A DNA stretch of 64,000 bases from Tepidisphaera sp. (GCA_050916045.1 CP051526.1:3648001-3712000), one strand, 5' to 3'; positions 40,806 through 51,032 are shown, numbered from the stretch's first letter. The notes: generated by a model from the sequence alone, not told the origin. A program made the numbers and translations.

Positions 40806-42832
40806 GTGCCCGGCTCCTGCTTCTTTTCGTTGGGATTGATCAGTTCAATCGTCCAGTCGACCTGCATGACGAACGTGGCTCCCGGAGCCCGGCGCTGCGG
40901 CGCGAGCTTGTCGATGGGCGCGAGGGCCAGGCCCTGACCGCCGCCCCCGCTGGGTCCATCACCGCCCGGGATGATCGGGGTGCCGCGTCCGGGGCCCTTG
41001 CCGCCGCCCGGCCGATCGGGCCGCGGAATCTCCGCCCCGCCATCCCCCTCCGGCTTCTTCTCTTCCGGGGTCGCGAGCGGGATCACGGTAAGTCGCTGCC
41101 AAGACGTTCCGCCCGGCGCGGGAACGATCCGGTACGGAACGCCCGGACGCTCCTTGTTGGCTTTCAGCCACGCGTCCACGGTGTTGATCATGAACTTGTT
41201 CGCGTCGGCTTCGCTCGCACGGCTGGTGGCGACGACGAGCGTCACCTCGATCTTGCCCAGGCCGCCGCCCGGCACCGCCGTGGGATCAGCCGGGGGGGCC
41301 GAAGGATCGGCGCCGCCCGGTCCGCGGTACTCCGTCACGAACTTCCGCACGACAAACCCCGCCGCGTCCATATCCACCGGATTGGCTTCATCCTGAGCCG
41401 GCCACGCCGACCCGTTCTCAAGCTTCCAGCCCCGCGCCTTCTCGTTCGCGTTCTGAACGATCTGGCCCAGGTCCTCGATCAGGAAAGCGTGGATCTGACG
41501 GTTTTCCAGGAGCGCCAGCATGTTTGCCGCGCGATAGTCGGGAGTCGCCGCCGTCTCCAAGCCAAGCGCCGCCGCCGCTTCCTTGTTCTCCGCGGCACGC
41601 GTCAGCGCCGTGCGGATCGAAGCCGGCTCCTGATTGCCCGCCGTCGCGAAGTAGTCCAGCGTCGGTCGGATGAACATCGAAGCACTCGCCACCACCGCGA
41701 GGCCCGCCGCGAGGCCGAACCACTTCACCTTTCCCTTCCACATCGTCTCGCGGATCACGCTCACCGGCATCAGATTCGCCGAGATCGCCGACTGGCCAAG
41801 GCCCTGTAGAGCCAAGCCGTACGCCGTCGCCATGCTCACCGACGCTTCGTTGAACTTCTTGGCCCGCTCCTCATCCTTCAGCGCATCGGTGCTCACCCGC
41901 TTGAACTGCTCCACGCGGTACACCTCAAGGCCGAGCTGCTGCTTGAGGAACTTGCGGATGCCCGGAAGCTGGAACGTCGAACCAACGCCGATCAGACGTT
42001 CAAGCTTCGCGTCCTTGTGCAGGTTGGTGTAGTACCCGATCGACCGCGAGATATCAGCCGCCAGATCCGTGAAGATCGGCCGCATCGCCTGGAAGACCTG
42101 ACGAGCGTGCTGGCTCTCCTCCGCTTTCTTCTTGATCTCTTCCGCTTTGGGATAGCTGACCTTGAAGGTGCTCACGATCGCGTCGGAGAAGCTGTGGCCG
42201 CCAATGGGGAACGTCCGGACCCACACCCGGCCGGCTTCGCAGATGATGAGGTCCGTCGACGTCGTGCCCACGTCCACGATGATCGTCCCCGGCGTCTTGT
42301 CCGTGAACTCCAGGTCGTACGCCAGAGCGTTGAAAGCCGCCAGCGGCGAAAGGGTGACGAAGTCAGGAGTGATCCCGACGTCCGCGAGCCCCTGAAGCCG
42401 CTCATTCACCTTCTCACGCTTGATCGCGAAGATACCCACCTCAATCTCGGGGGTATCAGGCGACTGGAACGTCTGATAATCCCACTCTACCTCTTCGAGG
42501 GGGAAGGGGACTTGCTGGATGGCTTCAAACTTCACGATGTCCGGAACCTTTTTGGGGTCGACCGGAGGAAGCTTGGCAAACCGAGCAAACGCCGAATGCC
42601 CAGGAACGCTGATCGCGATCGACGCCTTCGAAAGGTCGTACTGCCCGATCAGCTGGCCGAGGGAGACGCGAAGCACGTCGTTGACGTCGATGCCGGGGGT
42701 GGAAAGGACCTTGGGGTGCTCGATGTACGCGAAGTCCAGCAGGTTCACCCGCTGATTGTCCGCCTCCAACTTCACCGCCTTGATCGCACCGGCTCCGATC
42801 TCGATTCCCCAGCAGATATTGGAAGAAGGCAT
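40802..42832 (-). CDS. pilM: Type IV pilus assembly protein PilM with fused TM + PilN-like C-terminal region
   Basis: WGIEIGAGAIKAVKL, FARFAKLPPV, FEAIQQVPFPLEEVEWDY, VDVGTTSTDL, ATAYGLALQGL, then ANLMP + TM + periplasmic region. Confidence 0.9.
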   Translation of the reverse strand: MPSSNICWGIEIGAGAIKAVKLEADNQRVNLLDFAYIEHPKVLSTPGIDVNDVLRVSLGQLIGQYDLSKASIAISVPGHSAFARFAKLPPVDPKKVPDIVKFEAIQQVPFPLEEVEWDYQTFQSPDTPEIEVGIFAIKREKVNERLQGLADVGITPDFVTLSPLAAFNALAYDLEFTDKTPGTIIVDVGTTSTDLIICEAGRVWVRTFPIGGHSFSDAIVSTFKVSYPKAEEIKKKAEESQHARQVFQAMRPIFTDLAADISRSIGYYTNLHKDAKLERLIGVGSTFQLPGIRKFLKQQLGLEVYRVEQFKRVSTDALKDEERAKKFNEASVSMATAYGLALQGLGQSAISANLMPVSVIRETMWKGKVKWFGLAAGLAVVASASMFIRPTLDYFATAGNQEPASIRTALTRAAENKEAAAALGLETAATPDYRAANMLALLENRQIHAFLIEDLGQIVQNANEKARGWKLENGSAWPAQDEANPVDMDAAGFVVRKFVTEYRGPGGADPSAPPADPTAVPGGGLGKIEVTLVVATSRASEADANKFMINTVDAWLKANKERPGVPYRIVPAPGGTSWQRLTVIPLATPEEKKPEGDGGAEIPRPDRPGGGKGPGRGTPIIPGGDGPSGGGGQGLALAPIDKLAPQRRAPGATFVMQVDWTIELINPNEKKQEPGT

Positions 42833-43256
42833 GGTGGTTCCTCAAAAGCGGCCTGATCGCCGCCCGATTTCCGAGATTCGCAGACCATCAGACCGGCGCG
42901 ATCGCCGTGCTCTGAGCCCCCTTCCCGCCGCGCAGGGCCGGGATGCTACCCCAAATTCGTTCCCCAAGCAACGCGAGAGGTGCGATCAGGCTCCAAACAG
43001 GGACAGCAATTCTTCGTCAACCCTGCTCGATGCTCCGCTCCCGACACCTTCGACGGCGGACGCAACCGGCACCCGCCGCGGTTCCGTGCCGCTTGGCATC
43101 CATACGCCCGCGCCCACTTGAGTGTTCCCGCATCCGCTTCACATCCACCTGTACGACCCTCCCCGCAGAACTCTTCCAAGCCGCGCGGGGTAGATCCGCC
43201 GCCGAGCATGCGTAGAAATTGGGGGGCGGCCAGGTTCGCTCGCCCGGAGAACCTTC

Positions 43257-46200
43257 ATGAGCAACAACACCGGGCAACCCGGCGATTTCTGGGGCGTGGA
43301 CAAGCCCGCCGATCCGTCCAAACCGCTGACACCGGCCGACGCCGAGCAGCCGGCCGTCTGGACCAAGGCTCCCGAACCCAAACCCAGGCGCCGTCGCTGG
43401 GTCATCTGGACGGTGGGAAGCGGGGTCGCGCTGGGCGTTCTCGTCGCCGCCGCGCCGACCGTGGCCGGCTGGCTTGCTCCTTCCGTTGGGCCCGGATTCG
43501 TCCCCGTCAAGGGGAAGGTCACGATCGAGTCCGCTTCGTTCGGCTGGTTCTCCGGCCAGACCCTCGGCAAGACGATCATCGTCGATGACAAGGGCAAGGA
43601 GATCGCGTCGTTCCAAGCCACGACCGACGTCGGGCTCTTTGGTCTCATTTTCGGAAGCAGGGATCTCGGCAAGGTGCGGGTCACGGGCTCCGCCAACATC
43701 GTGCGAGCGGCGGACGGCTCCACCAACCTCCAGCGGGCGTTCAAGTCCGACAGTGTGCCCGGCAAAGCGCCGACGGCGGGCGAAACCAAGCCCCCCTCCC
43801 TTCCCCCGGGCCTGGCGATCAAGTTCGAGGGCGATTTCGATGTCGCCTACACCGACGAAGCCAACCCGAAACAGTCCGCCAAGCTCAGCGGCCTAAAGGT
43901 CACCGCCGAAATCGCGGCCGGTGAGCCCCTGAAAGCCACCGTTCGCGGGAAAGCCGAGCCGGCTTCGGGCCCCAGCGGCGACATCGCCGCCACGATCAAC
44001 CTTGAATCCTGGAGCGAAGCCAGCGGCAAGCTCCTGCTCGACACTGACAAGCCCAAGGGCGACGTCTCGGTCGACATCGGCAACTTCCCCACCTCGCTGC
44101 TCGCGGCTTTCGCCCCCGAAGGGATCGATCTCTCGGCCCTTGGCGAAACCGTCGCCGTCTCCATCAAGGGCAAAGGCGGCACCCAGCAAGCCGAGGGCGG
44201 CTTGACGTTCACGTCCGCCAACGCGAAAGCCAAAGCCGACGTCGCCACCCGCGACGGGAAGATCATGCTGACCGCTCCCGCCGAGGTGGTCGTCAACGGG
44301 CGGGCGCTCGCGGGTCTTGCGCCGCAAGCGGCGGCGCTGACGCGTCCGACCCCGGACGCGCCCACGACGCTCGCCGCGCTGCCGGACGTGACGATCAACG
44401 TCGCTTCGCTTTCAGCGCCGCTGCCCCGCGGCGGGGCGCTCGACCTCCGGGGCACCTCCGCGACGATCACCGCTTCCACCAGCGCGGTGAAGGGAACCGT
44501 GACCTCGTCCGGACAGAAGCCCGCCGCGTTCGAGGTCGCGGCGATGACCGCGAGCGTGTCCTCGGATGATCTGGCCAAGGGAGCATCGATCAAAGCAGTG
44601 ACGCGAGCGACGATCGATGGCAAGCCCGCGGGCGTCGTCGACATCGACTTCTCGACCGGGTCGGTGCTTGACGCTTCCGGCGCTCCGATCAAAACCATCC
44701 CCGCCGGGTTCGCGGGCAAAGCGATGGTCACGGGGATCGCGACGGCGATCCTTCAGCCGTTCCTCAAGAACCTTCCCATCGACCTCAACCGCGACATCGG
44801 GCCGACGCTGGACCTGCGTCTCACGGCCAAGCAGGGCTCGGGCGCTCAGAACGGACCCTTCCCGCCCGCCGACCTTGAGATCGGCATCGTCAGCGAGCAG
44901 ATGAAAGCCGCGGGGCAGTTCACGCTTGAGCCCGGGATGCTCCGGACCCGCGGCGAAGGTCTGACCGCAAGCTCGACGAGCGCCGCTCGCATGCTCGCCG
45001 CTTTCCTGCCGGCGAGCGTACCGGTGACGCTTGCTCCTGCCGGGCGTGCGCTCTTCTCGGTGAAGGATCTCTCGGTCCCGCTCCGAGCGAACAACACGCC
45101 CGAGTTGTCGAAGGCTTCGGGGAGCGTGGTGGTCAGCGCGACGAACTGGGCGGTTGCGCCCAAGGACGGATCGAGCCCGGTCGACGTGCGGGCCATCGAG
45201 ACAACGGCAACGCTCGCGCCGGGCAAGCCGCTCACGATCTCGTCTCGCGGCACGATGGTTGAACGCGGGAAGGAATTCACGCTCGCCGCCGACGCTTCGG
45301 TCCCGGGGCTTTTGACCGACGACCCGGCCAAGCCGGTGAACACCGGCGCACTGCTGAGCACGATCGCGAACCTTGAGATCAAGGGCTTGCCGACCTCGCT
45401 CGCCCGGTTCGCCCCGACGCCGGTGCCGGCGGTCCCCGACCCCAGCGGCAAGCTTGATGCTGCACCCGCCCCGCTCACGTCGGCCGATCTCGAATCGATC
45501 GCCCGCGATGCCATCGGCGACACGATGAACCTCTGGCTGACGACCTCGCAGGCCGCCGGAAAGGGCTTGACGCTCAGCGGTTCCGTCGCGGCCGAGCGTT
45601 TCGGCGCGAACCTCCAGGGGACCGTCCTGCCGGAGTCGGTCAAGCTCACCGAGGTTTCCGCTCGCAGCACGCTGACGCCCGAATCGCAGCGGGGCATCCT
45701 GACGCGGCTTGGCAAGAACCCGGCGGACCTGCCCGAGCTTGTCGCGCCGGCGACGCTGACGTTCGCGGTCGAGCCGATCACCATTCCGATGGTTGAAGGG
45801 AGCCTTTCTCCGAACCTGTCGGCGGTGCGCGGCGATCTCATCGCGACAATGACCGCGTCCGAGCAGGTGCTTGTCCGCATCGCGCCCAAGCCGGGCCAGC
45901 CCGCGCTGGGCACCGTCGGGATCAAGGGCCTCAAAGGCTCCGCGACGCTTCCGTTCCAGATCGCGATGGGCACGCCCGGGGGCCGCGGCCTCCTCAAAGC
46001 TTCGCTCACCGGCACGGCGATCCGCTCGCAGGCGGGGGGCGGGGCGAGCGGTCTCACCGATGTCGGAGCCATCGCGGCTTCGGCCGAGGGTGAGATCTCC
46101 GACCGCAAGCTTGCGGGCACGATGAACGTGTCCGCCGCCATCCGCAACCTCGCGACGGTCTTCCTCGACGACCTCGCGGGCAAACCCGGGTACGCCACGG

Positions 46201-47699
46201 GAGCGCTGGGCGACACGGCTTCGCTCGAATCGCGCGTCGCGCTGACGCCACCTCCGGATGGCAACCTCGCCAACGCGACCATCCGGGCCGAGATGGGCAT
46301 CGCTTCGCCCCGCCTGTCGACGGCTTCGCCGATCAAGGTGGATGTGCTCGCCGACCGGATCGCGGTCACCGAGCCCGCCGTCATCAACTGGTCGGTGGAT
46401 CCGGCGTTCGCGAATCTCTTCATGACGCCCGCGCCGGTCGCGGGCAAGCCTGCCGAGCCCGCGTCGGTCCGCTTGACGCAGCCGACCACCGTCTCGGTCA
46501 ACCTCCGCAAAGCCACGTTCTCCCGGAGCACCGAGCCCGGCGACGGCATCGGCCCGCTCAAGCCCGGCATCTTCGACCTCGCCGCCGGCATCACCTCGCC
46601 GGGGATCAACCTCACCGCCAAGGACGGCACCGCGACCAAGCTCACGAGCCTTTCGCTCTCGACCGAGCGGACCGACGGCGGCCTCACGTTCAACGTCGCC
46701 GTCGCCGAAGCGCAGGCGGGCGCGGCCGCTCCGGTCGCCAACGTCAAGCTCCCGGGCGTGCTCACGGATTACGTCGACGCCAAGGGCAACTTCAACGCCG
46801 AAACCGCCCGCGTGACGGCGGTGGGCGACCTGCCCGCGGTGCCGACGATCGTGCTCGACACGCTGGCGGCCAAGGACGGCTTGCTCGTCGAGGCTTTGGG
46901 GCCGGTGACGACGATCAAGGTCGACGCCAACAAGTTCGGCAAGCAGGGCGGGGCGCTCACGGCGATGGCGACCAGCTCGCGGGCGTCGTTTGACCTCGCG
47001 GGCACGGTCGAGAACGGGCTCTTCGTCAACACGCCCACCCAGCCGATGAAGATCGGCGTGACGGAGGTGACGCAGGCGCTCTCCAACCGCGTGGTCAAGG
47101 GCCTGCCGCTCTTTGGCAAGGTGGAGAAGTCCGCCAAGGACCGCCCCGCGATGATCACGGGCTCCAACCTCAAGGTGCCCCTCTCGAACGATCTGACCAA
47201 GCTCGACGGCGACTTCCAGATCGATCCGGGCGAGGTGACCTTCGAGATCGCAGGCGATTTCGCGGACATCGTGGCCGGGCCGATCCTGGCGGCAACCAAG
47301 GGGAACGCTTCGGGCCGCGCGGGGCAGAAGCTCGCGCCGATGACCGTCAACATCAAGTCCGGCGTCGCACGCTTGCAGCGCTGGTCCGTCCCGGTGGGCG
47401 AGTTCACGGTGCAGATGGATGGGACGATGAACCTCGCGACGGGGGAGATCGACTTCGTCACGTACTTCCCGGCGGGGGCCCTCGCCCTCGAGAAGCTCAA
47501 GCTTCCCGGAGGGGCGCTCGGCTCGATCGCGGGCGATGCCCTCCGCAACACCCTCATCCCCGTCCGCACCAAGGGCACCACCGCGGCCCGCACGACAGCC
47601 GTCGACACCGATGCCGCCGCGAAGGAACTGCTCAAGGGCGTGGACCCGGGCAAGCTGATCGAGAAGGGGCTGCAGGACCTGTTCAAGCCCAAGAAGTAA
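43257..47699 (+). CDS. Large AsmA/TamB-like periplasmic beta-repeat protein
   Basis: Single N-terminal TM, about 1400 aa of beta-strand-rich repeats, AsmA-like C-terminus (GTMNLATGEID..IPVRTKGT..helix). Confidence 0.7.
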   Translation: MSNNTGQPGDFWGVDKPADPSKPLTPADAEQPAVWTKAPEPKPRRRRWVIWTVGSGVALGVLVAAAPTVAGWLAPSVGPGFVPVKGKVTIESASFGWFSGQTLGKTIIVDDKGKEIASFQATTDVGLFGLIFGSRDLGKVRVTGSANIVRAADGSTNLQRAFKSDSVPGKAPTAGETKPPSLPPGLAIKFEGDFDVAYTDEANPKQSAKLSGLKVTAEIAAGEPLKATVRGKAEPASGPSGDIAATINLESWSEASGKLLLDTDKPKGDVSVDIGNFPTSLLAAFAPEGIDLSALGETVAVSIKGKGGTQQAEGGLTFTSANAKAKADVATRDGKIMLTAPAEVVVNGRALAGLAPQAAALTRPTPDAPTTLAALPDVTINVASLSAPLPRGGALDLRGTSATITASTSAVKGTVTSSGQKPAAFEVAAMTASVSSDDLAKGASIKAVTRATIDGKPAGVVDIDFSTGSVLDASGAPIKTIPAGFAGKAMVTGIATAILQPFLKNLPIDLNRDIGPTLDLRLTAKQGSGAQNGPFPPADLEIGIVSEQMKAAGQFTLEPGMLRTRGEGLTASSTSAARMLAAFLPASVPVTLAPAGRALFSVKDLSVPLRANNTPELSKASGSVVVSATNWAVAPKDGSSPVDVRAIETTATLAPGKPLTISSRGTMVERGKEFTLAADASVPGLLTDDPAKPVNTGALLSTIANLEIKGLPTSLARFAPTPVPAVPDPSGKLDAAPAPLTSADLESIARDAIGDTMNLWLTTSQAAGKGLTLSGSVAAERFGANLQGTVLPESVKLTEVSARSTLTPESQRGILTRLGKNPADLPELVAPATLTFAVEPITIPMVEGSLSPNLSAVRGDLIATMTASEQVLVRIAPKPGQPALGTVGIKGLKGSATLPFQIAMGTPGGRGLLKASLTGTAIRSQAGGGASGLTDVGAIAASAEGEISDRKLAGTMNVSAAIRNLATVFLDDLAGKPGYATGALGDTASLESRVALTPPPDGNLANATIRAEMGIASPRLSTASPIKVDVLADRIAVTEPAVINWSVDPAFANLFMTPAPVAGKPAEPASVRLTQPTTVSVNLRKATFSRSTEPGDGIGPLKPGIFDLAAGITSPGINLTAKDGTATKLTSLSLSTERTDGGLTFNVAVAEAQAGAAAPVANVKLPGVLTDYVDAKGNFNAETARVTAVGDLPAVPTIVLDTLAAKDGLLVEALGPVTTIKVDANKFGKQGGALTAMATSSRASFDLAGTVENGLFVNTPTQPMKIGVTEVTQALSNRVVKGLPLFGKVEKSAKDRPAMITGSNLKVPLSNDLTKLDGDFQIDPGEVTFEIAGDFADIVAGPILAATKGNASGRAGQKLAPMTVNIKSGVARLQRWSVPVGEFTVQMDGTMNLATGEIDFVTYFPAGALALEKLKLPGGALGSIAGDALRNTLIPVRTKGTTAARTTAVDTDAAAKELLKGVDPGKLIEKGLQDLFKPKK

Positions 47700-47771
47700 G
47701 CCAAGAAGTAAGTCAAGAAGGACATGAGGAAGGAGCGCTCCGCCCCCCACCCCTCTGGTACCCTGTTCCAC

Positions 47772-48572
47772 GTGACACGCTTGTCCATCGCCATCGTGTG
47801 CAAGAACAACGAGAAGACCCTCGGCGCGGTGCTCGCGTCCGTGCGCACGCTGATCGACGTTCTCGGCGGCGAGGTGGTCGCCGTCGACTCGGGCTCGACC
47901 GACCGCACGATCGCGATGCTCGAAGCCGCCGGGGCCCGCATCATCCGCTCACCCTGGCTCGGGCACGTCAAGACCAAGCAGCTCGCCCTGGACCACTGCA
48001 CCACCCCGTGGATCCTCTGCCTCGACAGCGACGAGCCCCCCACCGATGAGCTCATCCGCTCGATCATCGCCGCGCTGGACAAGGATGATCCGGCAACGCA
48101 GGCTTCCCTCGCCGGCTACCGCGTGAACCGGAAGATCTGGTACCGCGGCAGGTTCCTCGAGCACGCGTGGCAGCCGGAATGGCGGCTGCGCCTGGTCCGC
48201 AAGGGCCGCTGCCGGTGGACCGGCGAGGACCCGCACGACCGGATGGAGCCGATTGAGCGCCGCGACCGCGTGGCGGACCTCGAGGGCGCCCTGCGGCACG
48301 ATTCCTTCGAGACCTTCGCCGAGCATCTCGCCAAGCAGGTCGCCCACAGCCGGACCGCCGCCGCGAGCGCCCTCTCCGCCGGACGGACCAGCTCCCCGTG
48401 GAAGCTGATCACAAGCCCCATCGGGGCGTTCCTCAAGCAGATCGTGATCAAGCAAGCCTGGCGGGATGGGATCCCCGGCTGGCTCGCCGCGGGCTCGACC
48501 GCGGCCGGGGCCCTCATGAAGCACATGGTGATGCTGGAGGGGCGGCCGGAGCGGGACCGGTCGGGTGGGTGA
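47772..48572 (+). CDS. Glycosyltransferase family 2
   Basis: LSIAIVCKNNE, VDSGSTDRT, WLGH..KQLAL, WILCLDSDE, RLRL, HD. Confidence 0.92.
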   Translation: MTRLSIAIVCKNNEKTLGAVLASVRTLIDVLGGEVVAVDSGSTDRTIAMLEAAGARIIRSPWLGHVKTKQLALDHCTTPWILCLDSDEPPTDELIRSIIAALDKDDPATQASLAGYRVNRKIWYRGRFLEHAWQPEWRLRLVRKGRCRWTGEDPHDRMEPIERRDRVADLEGALRHDSFETFAEHLAKQVAHSRTAAASALSAGRTSSPWKLITSPIGAFLKQIVIKQAWRDGIPGWLAAGSTAAGALMKHMVMLEGRPERDRSGG

Positions 48573-48638
48573 GGCGCTTGGGCCGTTCCGGCGTGCGAGG
48601 ATGACTTTTCGGACGTCGGGGGCCCGTGGGCCGGGGCC

Positions 48639-49037
48639 GTGGCCGCTTCGGCGACGATCGTGGGCGGCACAACAAGGGCAAAAGTCGGCTCGACGACGAT
48701 CGTGGCTGCTTCCACAACGATCATCGGCGGCACGACAAGAGCAAAAGTCGGCTCGACGACGACCGTGGCTGCTTCCACAAGAGCAAAAGTCGGCTCGACG
48801 ACGATCGTGGCTGCTTCCACAAGAGCAAAAGCTGCTTGTACAAGGACAGAAGCTGCTTGTACAAGAGCAGAAGCTGCTTGCACAGGGACAAAATCCGCTG
48901 TTGCAGGGACAGAATCTGCTTGCGCAAGACCAAAACCTGCTGTTGCAAGAACAGAATCTGCTTGCACAACGACAAAATCGGCCGCTTCCAGAACAAAACC
49001 TGCTGTTGCAAGAGCAAAACCTGCTTGCACAAGAACA
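48639..49037. repeat. Degenerate 21-bp tandem array, about 19 units
   Basis: Units such as GCTGCTTGTACAAGAGCAGAA, CCTGCTGTTGCAAGAACAGAA, GTCGGCTCGACGACGATCGTG; heptad periodicity in every translated frame. Confidence 0.9.
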
Positions 49038-49105
49038 AAATACACCCCCCCGCCCCGAACGCACCCCTATCCCCCACCCCCACCCCCACCCACCCCCCCC
49101 TTCTC

Positions 49106-49145
49106 CATGACTTCGTGACTCCGTGACTTCGTGACTCCGTGACTT
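49106..49145. repeat. 8-bp tandem repeat (CGTGACTY) x5 after a C-rich tract
   Basis: CATGACTT CGTGACTC CGTGACTT CGTGACTC CGTGACTT; CCCCCA repeats at 49071-49100. Confidence 0.9.
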
Positions 49146-49168
49146 CCCCACTCCCTACCCTCGGGCCT

Positions 49169-50284
49169 ATGCGCTACGCGATGATCATGGCCGGCGGTGC
49201 GGGGACGAGGCTCTGGCCGATGAGCCGCAAGGGTGAGCCCAAGCAGCTCCTCCGGTTCATCGCGCAGGGAGCCGGTGGGGGGCAGAAGTCCCTGCTTGAG
49301 ATCGCGGCCGGACGCCTCGAAGGGCTCGTCCCCGCCAAGAACCGCTACATCTGCACCGCCGAGGCGTACCGCGGGGTCATCCGCCGCGACCTGCCGGACT
49401 TCACCGACCAGCAGATCCTGGGCGAACCGATGGGCCGCGACACCGTCAACGCGGTGGGGTTCGCCGCCGCCGTGCTGCACAAGCTTGACAAGGACGCGTC
49501 GTTCGCGGTCTTGACGGCGGACCACATCATCGAGCCCGACACCGTCTTCAAGGAGCGGATGGACCTTGGGTTCAGGCTCATCGAGGCGGACCCCAGGCGC
49601 TTGGTCACCTTCAGCATCAAGCCCACGTACGCGGCGACCGGGTTCGGCTACGTCGAGCGCGGGACGCCGGTGCGGGATGTCAAGGGCGCTGAGAGCCTCG
49701 CCTTTCACGTCCAGCGCTTCGTCGAGAAGCCCGACCTCGCGCGGGCCCAGGCGTACGTCGCGAGCGGGGCTTTCAACTGGAACAGCGGGATGTTCGTGTG
49801 GAAAGCCGCGACGTTCCTTGATGCCCTGAGGAAGTTCAAGCCCGAGAGCTACGAGGGTGTGACCGAGATCGCCAAAGCGTGGGGGACGCCCAAGCAGAAG
49901 GAAGCGATCGACACGATCTATCCCAAGCTCCCCAAGATCAGCGTCGACTACGGCGTGATGGAGCCCGCTAGCAGCGACAAGGACTTCCAGATCTGCACCG
50001 TCACGATGGATGTGAAGTGGCTGGATGTCGGGAGCTGGCCGAGCTACGCCGAGACCGTCGCGGCCGACAGCGAGGGAAACCGCAGGGCGGGCCGCGGGGA
50101 AGCGATCATCGTGCAGGGGAAGAACAACCTCATCGTGACCGGAGCCCCCGGCCACACGGTCGCCTTGCTCGGGTGCGATGACATGATCGTCGTGCACACG
50201 GCGGATGCGACGCTCGTGATGCCCAAGGCGAAGGCCGAAGAGCTGAAGATCGTGCACGGCATGGTGCGCGATGAGCTGAAGTAG
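49169..50284 (+). CDS. manC: Mannose-1-phosphate guanylyltransferase
   Basis: IMAGGAGTRLWPMSR..PKQ, EPMGRDT, ADH, TGFGYV, FVEKPD, WNSGMF, ISVDYGVME, WLDVGSW. Confidence 0.95.
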   Translation: MRYAMIMAGGAGTRLWPMSRKGEPKQLLRFIAQGAGGGQKSLLEIAAGRLEGLVPAKNRYICTAEAYRGVIRRDLPDFTDQQILGEPMGRDTVNAVGFAAAVLHKLDKDASFAVLTADHIIEPDTVFKERMDLGFRLIEADPRRLVTFSIKPTYAATGFGYVERGTPVRDVKGAESLAFHVQRFVEKPDLARAQAYVASGAFNWNSGMFVWKAATFLDALRKFKPESYEGVTEIAKAWGTPKQKEAIDTIYPKLPKISVDYGVMEPASSDKDFQICTVTMDVKWLDVGSWPSYAETVAADSEGNRRAGRGEAIIVQGKNNLIVTGAPGHTVALLGCDDMIVVHTADATLVMPKAKAEELKIVHGMVRDELK

Positions 50285-50348
50285 GGTTTCATCCACACAC
50301 CACCTTGCGTCCCGACGGGTAGAATCGTGTGTGGGTGCGACGCTTCGA

Positions 50349-51023
50349 ATGCTGCGACAGTTCCTGATCGCGGTGTCACTGGGTGCGCTCTTCGGAGTTC
50401 TTGCAACCGCGGCGTGGGTCGCTTACTGCATCAGCAAAGCCAACAGAGTTCCCGCGGCCTCGAGCATCACGCTGCTCGACGGGTCTCCGGGGGTGAATGC
50501 GTTTGCCACGATCAGCGAGAATCCGTACGCGACAAGCGTCGAGATCCAGCTGTGGGCCGGCACGGCGCCGAACCCGACATTTAAAACGCTGACCTTTCGT
50601 TCGCCCGAGGTGCTTTATTCCATGAGTTTCCCCGAACCTCCCGCGGTTCAATTCGTTGGCGAGCCCCCTCCGGGCTGGGAACGCGGGCTTTCCGCACCGC
50701 TCGACACGGATCAAACGGCGTGGAAAGAGACGGTCTATGGCCGTCCGTTCCCGTGCTTTCGCGTCCGCGGCTATGTGCTTGGCAGCCCGCTCGCGGGGAT
50801 CCAAGCGAGTTGGGGCGGCGTTCCCGGCTGGAGTATCGCGTGGCCCGAGGCCGTTCGAGGCATCGTGAAGCTGGGTTGGCCCGTGACAGCGATGATCTTT
50901 GTGTTGATGCTCCTCACCGGGCCGGTGCGGCGGGGATGGCGAAGCAGGAAGGGCCGATGCCAGTCGTGCGGGTACGACCTTCGCGGATGTTTGGGTGCAT
51001 GCCCTGAGTGCGGCAACCGGTAG
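50349..51023 (+). CDS. Two-TM protein with C-terminal zinc ribbon, paralogue 1
   Basis: WKETVYGRPFPCFRVRG, GGVPGWSIAW, CQSCGYDLRG..CPECG. Confidence 0.8.
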   Translation: MLRQFLIAVSLGALFGVLATAAWVAYCISKANRVPAASSITLLDGSPGVNAFATISENPYATSVEIQLWAGTAPNPTFKTLTFRSPEVLYSMSFPEPPAVQFVGEPPPGWERGLSAPLDTDQTAWKETVYGRPFPCFRVRGYVLGSPLAGIQASWGGVPGWSIAWPEAVRGIVKLGWPVTAMIFVLMLLTGPVRRGWRSRKGRCQSCGYDLRGCLGACPECGNR

Positions 51024-51032
51024 ACTCGAGCA

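Noticed and set aside
42833..43256. Riboswitch upstream of pilM
   Set aside because: Long intergenic region, but no recognisable aptamer consensus (for example c-di-GMP).
47689..47720. 12-bp tandem repeat (CCAAGAAGTAAG) at the stop of the AsmA-like gene
   Set aside because: Only about 2.5 copies duplicating the stop region; most simply local slippage.
44412..47771. 1119-aa minus-strand ORF, and similar long antisense ORFs such as 60892..63993 and 14017..15987
   Set aside because: Shadow frames of real high-GC genes on the opposite strand; no recognisable motifs.
48639..49037. CRISPR array
   Set aside because: Units are contiguous degenerate 21-mers with no constant repeat plus unique spacer pattern, and no cas genes are present.
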